Shown one piece after another: positions 44,571-57,462 of a stretch of 64,000 nucleotides of DNA. The notes beneath the pieces are model-generated. The model made no database searches, was not told the DNA's origin, and worked only from the letters and a program-made list of their open reading frames with translations. The stretch's first letter is position 1. The number at the start of each line of letters is the position of its first letter. Source of the stretch: an uncultured Alphaproteobacteria bacterium (lineage in GTDB: Bacteria > Pseudomonadota > Alphaproteobacteria > Paracaedibacterales > CAITNM01); assembly GCA_903874955.1 (NCBI GenBank), contig CAIQTY010000025.1:8034-72033 (forward strand), given 5' to 3'. The position numbers were made by a program, and so were the translations under genes.

Positions 44571-45554
44571 TCACTCACATACCGAACTAATATAGGGTTT
44601 TTTAGAAAGCATAAAATCAATATTACATTTTGTAACATCAGTGGAGTCTTTTTGATCTTTAATTTTAGTGACCATCTCGCCTAAAGTTCTACTGTAGTTT
44701 TCATGGGCTGTATCATAATGCTCTTGGCCTATTACTGATGAGTTTTTCATATATTTTTGGGCAAGATGCATTCTAATGTCTGCAGCTTTCCTAGGGCCAG
44801 ATTTAAAGAATTCTCCAAACCCCATATACATTTGATCGCCTTCGGCGTTATAACCAATTAACGTAAGATTTTCCCCTTGAAAAACACCATTAGGATGCCT
44901 TTTTTTATAATCCGGATGACCCTTAATATAGACTGTATCACCCGAATTCAGCAGTTTTTTGGAATTTTTTGTAAAAATCACACGACCACAACCTACATAC
45001 AGCACTTGCTGATCTTCTACAGAAAGTTCACCTTTGAGATTTTCGTCAATCGCATTAGGAAAAAGTGTTTCTAAAATAGCATACATAGAAAAATCCGCAG
45101 CCATTTGGCAGTCAATTATGTATGATTCTTTCGCCATGAGGACATCTTGAATTGCTTGACGTAGAGTTCTCCCATGAGCCGGCACTAAGAATGATAGCTT
45201 GTCGCATACAGGTGTCAGCCAGTGATTACCCGGAAACTTATATAGATTTGTTGGAGGGCATTCATCGTAAAACAGCGCATTATTATTAATTTGCCCATAA
45301 ACTAAAAGACACATATTAGCGATTTGAGTTCTTAAAGCGATTTCCTCCTTAGTCATGAGAGGAAGTTTTTTCTGTGCATCGGTTTTTTTATCAAAGGGTT
45401 TTTCGATTAATAACCCCAAGTCTTTTATTGTAGTCATTCCTTTTTTTGAAGAACTGGATTGAGCAGGTTTTCCTGATACTTCATCGGAAGCATTTATTGG
45501 AGAGCAACAAGAAATCCAACAAAAACAAAAACTTATTACTACATATCTAAACAT
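44571..45554 (-). CDS. Secreted hypothetical protein (orphan), possible Cys/His hydrolase fold
   Basis: 327 aa with signal-like MFRYVVISFCFCWISCCSPINA. Candidate nucleophile context is SYIIDCQMAADFSMYAIL, followed ~63 aa later by YIKGHPDY and then GVFQGEN. No family recognised. Confidence 0.55.
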   Translation of the reverse strand: MFRYVVISFCFCWISCCSPINASDEVSGKPAQSSSSKKGMTTIKDLGLLIEKPFDKKTDAQKKLPLMTKEEIALRTQIANMCLLVYGQINNNALFYDECPPTNLYKFPGNHWLTPVCDKLSFLVPAHGRTLRQAIQDVLMAKESYIIDCQMAADFSMYAILETLFPNAIDENLKGELSVEDQQVLYVGCGRVIFTKNSKKLLNSGDTVYIKGHPDYKKRHPNGVFQGENLTLIGYNAEGDQMYMGFGEFFKSGPRKAADIRMHLAQKYMKNSSVIGQEHYDTAHENYSRTLGEMVTKIKDQKDSTDVTKCNIDFMLSKKPYISSVCE

Positions 45555-45764
45555 TAAAGATCCTTTTTTGAAATATTATTACAAAATGAACTTGCCATAA
45601 TATTATATTTTGGGTCAAGCGATTAGTTGTTCGACGAGTCAAAATCTTAACCATTAAGTTTGAGACATCTTGACGTCCATAACTGCGCAAGCCCCAAAAA
45701 TATCTTGCTCAGTTCTTAAAACCGCTCTATACCTAGGTTTATGTTTAAAAAAATTGGTTAAGAG

Positions 45765-46211
45765 ATGGTTGCAGAAAAACTTGATAAGGACGCTATAAAA
45801 GAATTGGCTGAAATCCTCAAGGAAACTGATCTTTCTGAAATTGAATATGAAACAAGTGGCGTTAAAATTCGTGTGGCCAGACAAATTGTTCACACTTCAA
45901 TAGCACAAAGTGCCCCCATAGCCCAAACGACCGAATCGAGTCCTTCTGTTTCAGCAAGCTCTAACCCGTCTAGTCATCCAGGTTCATTGAAATCTCCAAT
46001 GGTAGGGACTGTTTATTTATCGCCTGAACCAGGAGCATCACCTTTTGTGAAAGTTGGAGATAGCGTAAACGCAGGACAGAACCTGTTGATTATTGAAGCA
46101 ATGAAAGTTATGAACCCAATCAAATCAACCAAATCTGGTATTGTAAAACAAATCCTAGTACGCGATGCTGAACCAGTTGAATTTAATACTCCCCTTATGA
46201 TTATTGAATAG
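45765..46211 (+). CDS. accB: Biotin carboxyl carrier protein of acetyl-CoA carboxylase
   Basis: 148 aa with a Pro/Ser-rich linker and biotinyl-lysine motif IEAMKVMN. Confidence 0.92.
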   Translation: MVAEKLDKDAIKELAEILKETDLSEIEYETSGVKIRVARQIVHTSIAQSAPIAQTTESSPSVSASSNPSSHPGSLKSPMVGTVYLSPEPGASPFVKVGDSVNAGQNLLIIEAMKVMNPIKSTKSGIVKQILVRDAEPVEFNTPLMIIE

Positions 46212-46213
46212 CA

Positions 46214-47560
46214 ATGAAGTTATTTGAAAAAATTCTGATAGCAAATCGCGGTGAAATTGCCCTGCGTATTCTGCGAGCCTGCAAAGAGCTAAACATTAAA
46301 ACGGTCGCCGTTCATTCTACAGCAGATGAAAACTGCAAACATGTAAGATTGGCTGATGAAAGTGTCTGTATTGGGCCTGCTTCGTCGAAAGACAGTTATT
46401 TAAAAATGTCCTCTATTCTAAGCGCTGCTGAAATTACCGGCGCTGATGCTATACACCCTGGCTTTGGATTTTTATCAGAAAATGCGACTTTTGCCCAAAT
46501 GGTTGAAGAACATGGCATAACTTTTATTGGCCCTACCCCACAGCACATTACGATGATGGGCGATAAAATTACGGCAAAAAAAACCATGATTGAACTTGGG
46601 GTTCCTGTGGTACCCGGCACAGAAGGCGCTGTAACTGTTGATAATGCTATTGAATGGGCTAACAAAGTTGGCTACCCAGTACTGATTAAAGCTACTTCAG
46701 GTGGCGGCGGCAAAGGCATGAAAGTTGCCACTTCAGATGATGAGGTTGTTAATGCAGTTCGTATGGCAGGGTTAGAAGCAAAGGCTAACTTTGGTAATGA
46801 CGAAGTATATATGGAACGCTATCTGCGCAAGCCACGACACATTGAAATCCAGGTTGTTGGTGATACGCACGGTAATGTTGCTAATCTAGGAGAGCGAGAC
46901 TGCTCAATCCAGCGACGCCACCAGAAAGTTTGGGAAGAAGCCCCTTCGCCAGCCCTTACAAATGATCAGCGCACAAAATTAGGAAGCATTGTTAACCAAG
47001 CCATTAAAAAAATGGGATATCGGGGCGCTGGGACCCTAGAGTTCCTTTTTGAAGACGGTGAATTTTTCTTCATGGAAATGAATACCAGAATTCAGGTAGA
47101 ACACCCCGTTACCGAAATGGTCACCGGTATTGATTTGGTAAAAGAACAAATTATGGTTGCTGCAGGCCATCCTCTATCATTTTCGCAAGAGGATATTAAA
47201 ATCACTGGCCACGCAATCGAGTGCCGTATAAACGCGGAAGATCCTCAGACATTCACACCATCACCTGGGAAAATAACCTCGTATCATACACCAGGCGGAT
47301 TTGGCATCAGGGTTGATAGCCACGTCTATGACGGATATGTTGTTCCCCCACATTACGACAGCATGATTGCTAAACTAATTGTTCACGGCAAAACCCGTGA
47401 AGAAGCAATGCAGCGTGTCAGACGAAGCTTGGATGAATACGTGATAGATGGCATAAGCACAACGATTCCATTACATAGAATACTAGTGGATAATCCTGAT
47501 ATGCGCAGTGGTGACTATGATATTCATTGGCTAGAAAAATTTCTCGCTAAAGAAGCTTAA
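46214..47560 (+). CDS. accC: Biotin carboxylase
   Basis: 448 aa with ILIANRGEIALRI, YPVLIKATSGGGGKGM, EMNTRIQVEHPVTE and the HAIECRINAEDP motifs. Confidence 0.97.
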   Translation: MKLFEKILIANRGEIALRILRACKELNIKTVAVHSTADENCKHVRLADESVCIGPASSKDSYLKMSSILSAAEITGADAIHPGFGFLSENATFAQMVEEHGITFIGPTPQHITMMGDKITAKKTMIELGVPVVPGTEGAVTVDNAIEWANKVGYPVLIKATSGGGGKGMKVATSDDEVVNAVRMAGLEAKANFGNDEVYMERYLRKPRHIEIQVVGDTHGNVANLGERDCSIQRRHQKVWEEAPSPALTNDQRTKLGSIVNQAIKKMGYRGAGTLEFLFEDGEFFFMEMNTRIQVEHPVTEMVTGIDLVKEQIMVAAGHPLSFSQEDIKITGHAIECRINAEDPQTFTPSPGKITSYHTPGGFGIRVDSHVYDGYVVPPHYDSMIAKLIVHGKTREEAMQRVRRSLDEYVIDGISTTIPLHRILVDNPDMRSGDYDIHWLEKFLAKEA

Positions 47561-47734
47561 GTTTTTTTCTTTTTACAATCCACCTTAAAAATATTAGCTA
47601 TTATATAAAGTCTTGAAAAAAATTTCTTTTTATGCTAATTTTAGATAAAATTAAGTTAAAATATTAAAAAATTGAGTTTATTTATCATAAAAGTTTTAAC
47701 TTAAGGTAGAAATTTCAAACTTTTTACGGTCATT

Positions 47735-49039
47735 ATGCGCTTTCTTAGATTATTTTCACCGATATTCTTATTCCTTGGTTTGTTTGTAGGAAGCGGACTT
47801 TTATTCACTTGGCAAGGAGATGCTCAAGCCTTTTATCAGGTCCCCCCTGCTGTTGCGATCATTCCAGCAATTTTACTTGCCTTTTTTTTACTAAAAGGAC
47901 CGATGCAAGATCGCCTAAATAATTTTCTTGATGGCGTTAGACACCGCGACATAATCACCATGTGTTTAATTTTTTTACTTGCTGGTGCATTTAATGTTGT
48001 CACAAAATCAATCGGCTGCGTAGATGCAACTGTAAATTTAATACTTTCTCTAATCCCCACTCATTTTGTGTTAATAGGATTATTCTTAACAGCAGCTTTT
48101 ATTTCCACAGCCATTGGGACATCGATGGGAACGATTGCTACGATGGGCCCAATAGCCGTTGGCATTGCAAATCATGGAGTTTTTCCAATTGATTTAGGTA
48201 TAGCAACCGTCATTGGAGGATCTATGTTCGGAGATAGTCTTTCGCCAGTAGGAGATACAACTATTGCAGCAGTACTTTCGCAGCAGGCGGATTTTAAGCA
48301 AAAGTTAATCCTAAACTCAATCGTTGCCTGTATTGCTGCGGTAATTATGTTGGTTATCTTGCTGCTTATTCATACTCCAGCAACAGAATCAATTTTAAAA
48401 CCCTATAACTTATTTTTGGTTATCCCATATGTGGTCCTAATTGTCCTCGCATTTGCTGGACTTAATGTTTTTCAAGTGCTTATATCCGGATTGATTGTTG
48501 CCGGATTAATTGGTTTCTTTAATCACGGATACAGCATCTTAAGTTTTGCCAAAGACATCAACAAAGGCTTTGAAAGCATGCAGGAAATATTCCTATTATC
48601 TCTTTTTGTAGGAGGGCTAGCAGGCATGCTTAAAGAAATGGGAACAATGCGCTATGTAGCTGATTTTATTGGCAAAGCACACCACCTAAGCAAACGTTCA
48701 GCACAGTTAGTGATTGGCGGCCTTGTATCCGTGTTCGATGTGTTAATAGCGAATAATTGCGTAGCAATCATTTTCAGTGGTGAAATTGCTAAAACGATTG
48801 CGCATCGATATAAGATTCCTAACCATTATACTGCAGCATGGCTCGATATTTTTTCCTGCGTTTTTCAAGGAATTATTCCCTATGGTGCACAAATTTTACT
48901 AGCAAGCACCTTGTCTGGAGTATCACCCCTAACGATTGCAGGGCAAGTTTATTATTGTTACATTTTAGGGTTTGTTGCCGTGATGTACATTTTAGTTGTA
49001 CCAATAAAAAAAGAACGCCCCGAACAGAACGCTCTTTGA
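47735..49039 (+). CDS. Na+/H+ antiporter NhaC-family transporter
   Basis: 434 aa polytopic protein. GTSMGTIATMGPIA and GGSMFGDSLSPVGDTTI resemble NhaC-family conserved loops. Confidence 0.65.
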   Translation: MRFLRLFSPIFLFLGLFVGSGLLFTWQGDAQAFYQVPPAVAIIPAILLAFFLLKGPMQDRLNNFLDGVRHRDIITMCLIFLLAGAFNVVTKSIGCVDATVNLILSLIPTHFVLIGLFLTAAFISTAIGTSMGTIATMGPIAVGIANHGVFPIDLGIATVIGGSMFGDSLSPVGDTTIAAVLSQQADFKQKLILNSIVACIAAVIMLVILLLIHTPATESILKPYNLFLVIPYVVLIVLAFAGLNVFQVLISGLIVAGLIGFFNHGYSILSFAKDINKGFESMQEIFLLSLFVGGLAGMLKEMGTMRYVADFIGKAHHLSKRSAQLVIGGLVSVFDVLIANNCVAIIFSGEIAKTIAHRYKIPNHYTAAWLDIFSCVFQGIIPYGAQILLASTLSGVSPLTIAGQVYYCYILGFVAVMYILVVPIKKERPEQNAL

Positions 49040-49323
49040 TTTCTGAATTCAACCGAATTCATAGTAAAATGGTGTTGTGTAAGGATTGTAAAATGCTAAA
49101 ACTTCGTTTACACCACAAACAAAAATTTGCTCTTTATTAGGCTATAGAAAAAACGTTGATTATTTTTTTTACCACAAGTACTATTCCACAACTTATTTAA
49201 ATTAAAGCGTCGTGATTAATAAAAAATATAAATTTTTGATGAGCAGAAGCTACAAAGTCAAATTGAACAAAAGCATCTATTTTTACCTATTATTTTTTGC
49301 AAGTTTTTTAGGAGTTTAAGGCC

Positions 49324-51574
<2,251 letters not shown>

Positions 51575-51587
51575 TTAAAATTAAAAA

Positions 51588-52412
51588 GTGCGCAGGATCC
51601 TTATCGTCTTTTGCACTGCTGCTGCTTTATATCTAAGTGTGAGCTATTGGTATTTGCCAAATAGCCCTTATTCTAAAAGCTCATTAGATTTTATATCGTC
51701 TCGGGTAATACAACCTATAGCTGCTGCTAACATATATTTTCATAAGTTCTTAAGTTTATTTTCAGACTTAAATAATTTATTTTTAGGCAGAGTCGAAATT
51801 AACAAACGCCTAAAAAAATTAGAAAAAATAGAAGACGAACTTCAACAAACAAAAATAGAACTAAACAGGTATCAGTCAATCACCAAAGAGCTGAAATCTC
51901 TAACAAATTTTCATGTACCTGAAAAATTCAAGCAAGTCAGCGTTAGTGTATATGGTGCTCCAATCGGTTTTTACGATGCCCAACTTATCACGGCATCCCC
52001 CCCGAACGTTACCATTAAGAAAGATGATGTCGCTGTTAATGAAAAAGGACTAATCGGCAGAGTCAGTGAAGCTTCAAGTCGACTCATTCGCATTATGCTT
52101 ATAACGGATATGGCTTCAAGAGTACCTGTAAAAATCCTAGAAACAGGGGAGAATGCCATGATTATCGGTAATGGAACCGCTACCATGTCTTTAAAACATC
52201 TTCAAAGTCGGGAAATGATTACAAACAACTATAAACATCCCCCAAAAATTGGGGACATAGTTGTAACATCGGGAATTGGAGGTATTTACCCTGCGGATAT
52301 TCCCGTTGGCATGATTAACGCAATAAAAGATGAAGAAATTTCAGTCAAACCCTTTGTAATATTTCACACTCTTGAAATTATAGCCATCATTTATGACCAT
52401 GTGGCGCTATAA
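51588..52412 (+). CDS. mreC: Rod shape-determining protein MreC
   Basis: 274 aa with an N-terminal TM, a coiled coil (LKKLEKIEDELQQTKIELNRY), and beta-rich domains with GLIGRV and TSGIGGIYPADIPVG. Confidence 0.88.
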   Translation: MRRILIVFCTAAALYLSVSYWYLPNSPYSKSSLDFISSRVIQPIAAANIYFHKFLSLFSDLNNLFLGRVEINKRLKKLEKIEDELQQTKIELNRYQSITKELKSLTNFHVPEKFKQVSVSVYGAPIGFYDAQLITASPPNVTIKKDDVAVNEKGLIGRVSEASSRLIRIMLITDMASRVPVKILETGENAMIIGNGTATMSLKHLQSREMITNNYKHPPKIGDIVVTSGIGGIYPADIPVGMINAIKDEEISVKPFVIFHTLEIIAIIYDHVAL

Positions 52413-52872
52413 ACTTAGAACCTTTTTAGGTCGTTTCGTCATTCTTGCGTGTTGTAATGCTTTAGATGCGCTTATCTTATTTCAAGGAATCGGATTAAGA
52501 ATTCAAATAGGATTAGTTGTTTTTTACAGATGGACACTCTACACGCCAAAAGCTGGAGATTTAATAAGTTACATAATATTTGGTTTTTTTTGGGATGCAA
52601 TTTACCAGATTCCACTTGGATTCCACAGTTTTTTAATAATCCTTGTATTTATGATACTAAGCACACAAAAACGCTATCTTCAGGTAAGCCAGCAATATAT
52701 GAGATGGATTATTTTCCTTGGAGTGCTCATTTTAATAAACCAAATTGAATATTCGTTGCGTTTGATGTTAGGACAACAAATCGTTATCTCTTATCAATCG
52801 GTGTTGAGTATACTATTAACATTTTCATTGTACCCCTTAATTTTTAGAACCTTACAGCGCTATGATAGATGA
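52393..52872 (+). CDS. mreD: Rod shape-determining protein MreD
   Basis: 159 aa, about 5 TM, positioned between mreC and mrdA with overlaps at both ends. Confidence 0.75.
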   Translation: MTMWRYKLRTFLGRFVILACCNALDALILFQGIGLRIQIGLVVFYRWTLYTPKAGDLISYIIFGFFWDAIYQIPLGFHSFLIILVFMILSTQKRYLQVSQQYMRWIIFLGVLILINQIEYSLRLMLGQQIVISYQSVLSILLTFSLYPLIFRTLQRYDR

Positions 52873-54661
52873 GTCATTCAGTCAAATATTTAAACGCAGA
52901 AGCTTTATCTTAGGTATAGGCAAAGGAATATTATTATCTGGGTTAATTGGGCGTCTTATCCACTTGCAGATCTTAAATCGAGATTACTATAGAAAACTAT
53001 CCGATCGAAATCGCATTCAAACTAGACTCATTGCCCCCCACAGAGGACAAATTGTGGATAGCGCAGGAAAAGTTTTAGCAATCAATCAAAATGTTTATCG
53101 TTGCTTGATTACTCCAGATCCCAATTTCAATGCAGAAGATGAAATCAATATTTTACATAAATTGCTAAACTTAAGTGATACTCAAGCTGAAGAATTCAAA
53201 TCACAGCTTTCCAAACAATCCAAAATTGCTCTTATTGTTAAGGAAAATTTAACTTGGGAAGAGATGGCATCTTTGCAATTAAAACTTCCTGATTTACCAG
53301 GGTTATTTATTGAAAAAGCCCAAGTGCGTCAATATGTTAAGCCAGAATTTCTGTGTCATACGATAGGTTACGTCGCTCAAGCATCTCAAAAAGATTTAGA
53401 TGAGCTTAACATCCCACCGATCCCTGGTCTTCGTATCGGGAAAAATGGATTAGAAAAAACCTTCCAAAATATTCTAGACGGCAAAGCCGGAATGCAAAGA
53501 GTCGAGGTTAACGCAAAAAGAAGAATAGTTCGTGTTATTGATAATTCACCTCCCAAAATTGGACAAGATTTACACGTTACATTGAATCTTGAGCTTCAAG
53601 AAAAGATTGCTGAAATTTTAGAACCTCATCGTAATGCGAGTGCGGTGGTGATGGATGTCGATACAGGGGCAATAAAAGCAATGTTTTCTAAACCAGGCTA
53701 TGATAGTAACCTTTTTGTAAAAGGTATTCAAAAAGATGATTGGAAAAGTCTTTTAACCCATGAAGATAAACCTCTTATCAATAAAGCGATAGCAGGACAA
53801 TACGCTCCTGGTTCTATATTTAAGATGATCATAGCGCTTGCTGCCCTTAATGAAGGGATAATAGACCAGAACACCAAAATTCACTGCCCAGGCCACTATG
53901 ACCTAGGCAACCATCGTTTTCATTGCTGGACATGGAAATTAGGTGGACATGGAACAGTTAATTTAGAGAAAGCTATTGCTGAATCATGTGATGTGTATTT
54001 TTATCATGTCGCCCTGAAAATAGGTGCACTAAAAATGGTTGAAATGGCCTCACGATTTTTGCTTGGGCAACCAACGGGAATTGAACTGAATGGTGAAAAA
54101 AAAGGACTAATACCAACTCCTGAATGGGCAAAATTCCGTAAAGGTTTTTTTAAACAAAAAGGACAAGCCATCAATATTTCTATTGGCCAAGGTGTTATTT
54201 TATCGACTCCAGTCCAAATGGTGCGCATGATAGCAATGCTAGTTAACGGAGGAAAGATAATTACGCCTCATCTTGTAAAAAAAGAAGATCCTATCCCTGA
54301 AAAATTTGTTGAGGGCATAGAACCATTTTGGCTTGAATGGATACAAGACGCGATGAATAAATGTGTTAATGACCCCAGAGGAACAGCTCATAGGGCAAAT
54401 CCAAATTTGAGCGATTGGGGATTCGGCGGAAAAACAGGAAGTGCACAAGTTTGTAGAATAACCATGGAACAACGTGCTGATGGGAGCTACAAAAATTTAC
54501 CATATCACCTAAAAGATCACGCCATATTTGTTGGTTATGCACCTTTAGAAAAACCTCAGCATGCCATAAGTTTAGTAATTGAACATGGTATGAGTGGAGG
54601 CGGTGTTGCAGCCCCTGTTGCCGGACAAATCCTTCAAGCAGCGAGACATTTGTATGTTTGA
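52862..54661 (+). CDS. mrdA: Penicillin-binding protein 2 (elongasome transpeptidase)
   Basis: 599 aa with an N-terminal TM, dimerisation domain, and transpeptidase motifs PGSIFK (SxxK), SCD(V) (SxN-like ESCDVYF) and GKTGSA (KTG). Confidence 0.93.
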   Translation: MIDESFSQIFKRRSFILGIGKGILLSGLIGRLIHLQILNRDYYRKLSDRNRIQTRLIAPHRGQIVDSAGKVLAINQNVYRCLITPDPNFNAEDEINILHKLLNLSDTQAEEFKSQLSKQSKIALIVKENLTWEEMASLQLKLPDLPGLFIEKAQVRQYVKPEFLCHTIGYVAQASQKDLDELNIPPIPGLRIGKNGLEKTFQNILDGKAGMQRVEVNAKRRIVRVIDNSPPKIGQDLHVTLNLELQEKIAEILEPHRNASAVVMDVDTGAIKAMFSKPGYDSNLFVKGIQKDDWKSLLTHEDKPLINKAIAGQYAPGSIFKMIIALAALNEGIIDQNTKIHCPGHYDLGNHRFHCWTWKLGGHGTVNLEKAIAESCDVYFYHVALKIGALKMVEMASRFLLGQPTGIELNGEKKGLIPTPEWAKFRKGFFKQKGQAINISIGQGVILSTPVQMVRMIAMLVNGGKIITPHLVKKEDPIPEKFVEGIEPFWLEWIQDAMNKCVNDPRGTAHRANPNLSDWGFGGKTGSAQVCRITMEQRADGSYKNLPYHLKDHAIFVGYAPLEKPQHAISLVIEHGMSGGGVAAPVAGQILQAARHLYV

Positions 54662-55754
54662 TTTCAAACGACTTCTCTATGTCAATCACACAGTATTAGG
54701 TATTATTGTCGCAATCGTATTTATAGGGCTTGTTACATTATTCTCAGCCGCAAATGGAAGTATTTATCCCTGGGTTGTTAGGCAATTTTTCAGATTCCTG
54801 TTTGGGCTTAGTATTTTTGGCTTAATTGTTGCATCTGATTCAAGGTGGTGGTCACAACATGCTTATTTAATCTACAGCGTTATCTTAGTGATGCTTATGC
54901 TTGTAGAACTTATGGGATTTGTTGGTATGGGAGCCCAACGATGGCTTGATTTGTATTTATTCAATTTGCAACCATCTGAACTGATGCGCGTCGCGCTCAT
55001 TTTAGCATTAGCTCGTTATTTTAGTTTTCTTGAAGCTGAAGAAACCCAGCGGTTAAAAAATTTAATTATTCCAGTACTACTAATAGCCATACCGGTGGTT
55101 TTAGCGATGAGACAACCTGATCTTGGAACAGCTATACTTTTACTAAGCTCTGGTCTTGCAATACTTTTTGTAAGTGGCGTTCCTTGCTGGTTTTTTGCCA
55201 CAGGATTTTTAACGGTTGCTGGATCCGTGCCAATTTTATGGAACTTTTTATACGACTACCAAAAAAAGCGTATTTTGATATTTTTAAATCCTGAGAGTGA
55301 TCCCACTCATGCAGGCTATCACATTTCACAGTCAAAAATTGCGCTTGGATCAGGCGGACTTGTTGGGAAAGGATGGCTAAAGGGAACCCAAAGTCATTTA
55401 AACTTCCTACCTGAAAAACAAACAGATTTTATTTTTACAATGTTTGCTGAGGAATTTGGATTAATTGGTTGTTTGATTGTAATAGGGTTATTTTGCGTTT
55501 TATTTTTTTGGGGCTTTACTGTCGCTGATCACTCACGTACTAAATTTGGAAAATTAGTAGCAATCGGAATCACAACGACCTTATTTTTGTATGTGTTTAT
55601 TAACATGGCAATGGTAATGGGATTATTACCAGTTGTTGGCGTGCCCCTACCCTTTATGTCATATGGTGGAACGGCTATGATCACATTAATGTTGAGCATG
55701 GGAATACTGTCAAGTATTTCAGTTCCAAGGGTCAGGAAAAGCATAAGCTCATGA
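54654..55754 (+). CDS. rodA: Peptidoglycan glycosyltransferase RodA (SEDS family)
   Basis: Start taken at ATG 54654 (MFDFKRLL), an ATGTTTGA overlap with the mrdA stop; the track begins at 54594. Motifs include QPSELMRVALIL, RQPDLGTA, LPEKQTDFIF and PLPFMSYGGT. Confidence 0.93.
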   Translation: MFDFKRLLYVNHTVLGIIVAIVFIGLVTLFSAANGSIYPWVVRQFFRFLFGLSIFGLIVASDSRWWSQHAYLIYSVILVMLMLVELMGFVGMGAQRWLDLYLFNLQPSELMRVALILALARYFSFLEAEETQRLKNLIIPVLLIAIPVVLAMRQPDLGTAILLLSSGLAILFVSGVPCWFFATGFLTVAGSVPILWNFLYDYQKKRILIFLNPESDPTHAGYHISQSKIALGSGGLVGKGWLKGTQSHLNFLPEKQTDFIFTMFAEEFGLIGCLIVIGLFCVLFFWGFTVADHSRTKFGKLVAIGITTTLFLYVFINMAMVMGLLPVVGVPLPFMSYGGTAMITLMLSMGILSSISVPRVRKSISS

Positions 55755-56452
55755 ACATCGACATTATGAATTTAAAAGAATTTTACGAATCACCTATATC
55801 GATCAATGTATATAGCATTGTAAGGAATATGCTAAATCGTTTACGAAATGTTTCTCAAAATAATAAAACGCTTTTCCTGGGGTTTGGAGCCCCCTACGCT
55901 GACGAAAGAAAAGATGAATTCTTGCTGATGCAAGCCCATATAGGCGTTTTAGCGTGGCCAAATTCAAAGAACAATCGTGCATTATTATCGTATGAAAATG
56001 ATTGGCCTTTTGCTGATCACGTTTTTGATGAAATTATTATTATTCATGGTTTAGAGTATTCCCAACATGCAGGTAATCTTCTTGCAGAATGTTACAGGTG
56101 TCTAAAACCTGAAGGACGTCTTTCGGTAGTAGTACCCAACAAAAGAGGGATATGGGTTCGAAGCGATAAGAACCCATTTGGATTTGGTCAACACTTTACA
56201 TTAACCCAGCTTTCAGAGCTTTTAAAAAAATTTGATTTCATTCCAGTTCATACAGTAAGGGGACTTTATAGCTTTCCTTTTTCAACAGTGCTTGGCAGTT
56301 TGGGATCTTGGATATTTGAATGTATTGCTTCTCGAACATTACAAAAATTCAGTGGGCTTGTTGGTATAGCTGCTATTAAGCGTGTTTATGCAGGCATTCC
56401 TGCAAAAAAAATTTTAAAAGACCAGCGCCTAATAATTACTCAACCTGCCTAA
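55751..56452 (+). CDS. Class I SAM-dependent methyltransferase (type 11-like), last gene of the mre-mrd operon
   Basis: ATGA overlap with rodA. LFLGFGAPY stands in the motif I position. FDEIIIIHGLEYSQHAGNLLAECYRCLKPEGRLSVVVPNKRGIW is typical of a conserved alphaproteobacterial methyltransferase family as I recall it. Confidence 0.65.
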   Translation: MNIDIMNLKEFYESPISINVYSIVRNMLNRLRNVSQNNKTLFLGFGAPYADERKDEFLLMQAHIGVLAWPNSKNNRALLSYENDWPFADHVFDEIIIIHGLEYSQHAGNLLAECYRCLKPEGRLSVVVPNKRGIWVRSDKNPFGFGQHFTLTQLSELLKKFDFIPVHTVRGLYSFPFSTVLGSLGSWIFECIASRTLQKFSGLVGIAAIKRVYAGIPAKKILKDQRLIITQPA

Positions 56453-56488
56453 TGAAAGCCTAATAAAATACATCAATACTAAAGCGAA

Positions 56489-57409
56489 TCACTGATTCGG
56501 TTTCTTAGCTCTTGGATGGGCGCCTTTGTAAGTTTTCATAAGAGCCATTTCATCAATTTGCGTGTAAATCTGCGTTGATGAGAGCGAAACATGTCCCAGA
56601 AGTTCTTGAATACCGCGCAAATCATGAGAAGACTGCATAAGATGACTAGCACAACTATGCCTAAGTGCATGAGGTGTTAATGATTCAGGCATACCATAAG
56701 ACCTTCTAAAATTTCGCAAAGTTTTCTGGGCTATTGCTGCTTGAAGTCTTTTTCCCATTTTTCCATAAAAAAGAGGAGAATCAGCAGAAACTTTAAAAGG
56801 TTGAGAATCAAGATAAACAAAAATATCCTTTTTAACAGAATCAGTGACTGGTACTTGTCTGTATTTTTTTCCTTTACCACACACCGTAATAAATTGTTCA
56901 TGTTGTAGGGCTTGTTGATTTAGCCCTAATGCTTCCCCAATTCGCATACCGGTGCAATATAAAAGCTGCATTAATGCCTTATCGCGTAAACCAACCCAGG
57001 GACAAATATCCATATCTGCGATATTTTCAGTTATAGAAAGAGCTTGTTCTATAGTTACAGGCCTTGGGAGTGTTTTTTGTAATTTTGGTGAACGACTATG
57101 AAAAAAAGCATGATCGTTTATGACTTCAAGATTCAAAAGAAATTGTGAAAAATTTTTCAATCCAGCTAATCCGCGTGCTGATGAGCGAATGTTTTTTTGT
57201 TTTTTGCGTTGATGCATCATCCAGGCACGAATATCTTGGGGAGTGATAGTTTTGAAGTTATCAATTGAAAGTTCCGTATTATGATAGTCTTCATAAAAAT
57301 TTTTAAAATCTAAAAAGTCTTGAGCATAAGCAATAACAGTATTAATAGAACGGTTGAAAGACTTTAATTCTTCTTGCCAAGATACAAAATATTGTGCAAT
57401 TTTTATCAA
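56489..57409 (-). CDS. Tyrosine recombinase of the XerC/XerD type
   Basis: 306 aa with an N-terminal SAM-like core-binding domain (TVIAYAQDFLDF). Catalytic residues appear in the contexts GMRIGEAL (R), HALRHSCASHL (H-x-x-R) and LLGHVSLSSTQIYTQ (H...Y). I cannot tell XerC from XerD by eye. Confidence 0.85.
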   Translation of the reverse strand: MIKIAQYFVSWQEELKSFNRSINTVIAYAQDFLDFKNFYEDYHNTELSIDNFKTITPQDIRAWMMHQRKKQKNIRSSARGLAGLKNFSQFLLNLEVINDHAFFHSRSPKLQKTLPRPVTIEQALSITENIADMDICPWVGLRDKALMQLLYCTGMRIGEALGLNQQALQHEQFITVCGKGKKYRQVPVTDSVKKDIFVYLDSQPFKVSADSPLFYGKMGKRLQAAIAQKTLRNFRRSYGMPESLTPHALRHSCASHLMQSSHDLRGIQELLGHVSLSSTQIYTQIDEMALMKTYKGAHPRAKKPNQ

Positions 57410-57462
57410 TTTTTAAATCCTTTATCTAATAATATGACTAGCACACTTAATTAAATATAACA

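Noticed and set aside
56489-57409. The tyrosine recombinase considered as a phage or ICE integrase marking a mobile element.
   Set aside because: Size, domain order and the R...HxxR...H...Y context match chromosomal XerC/XerD. There is no adjacent tRNA, att-like repeat, excisionase or phage gene, and the flanks are housekeeping genes.
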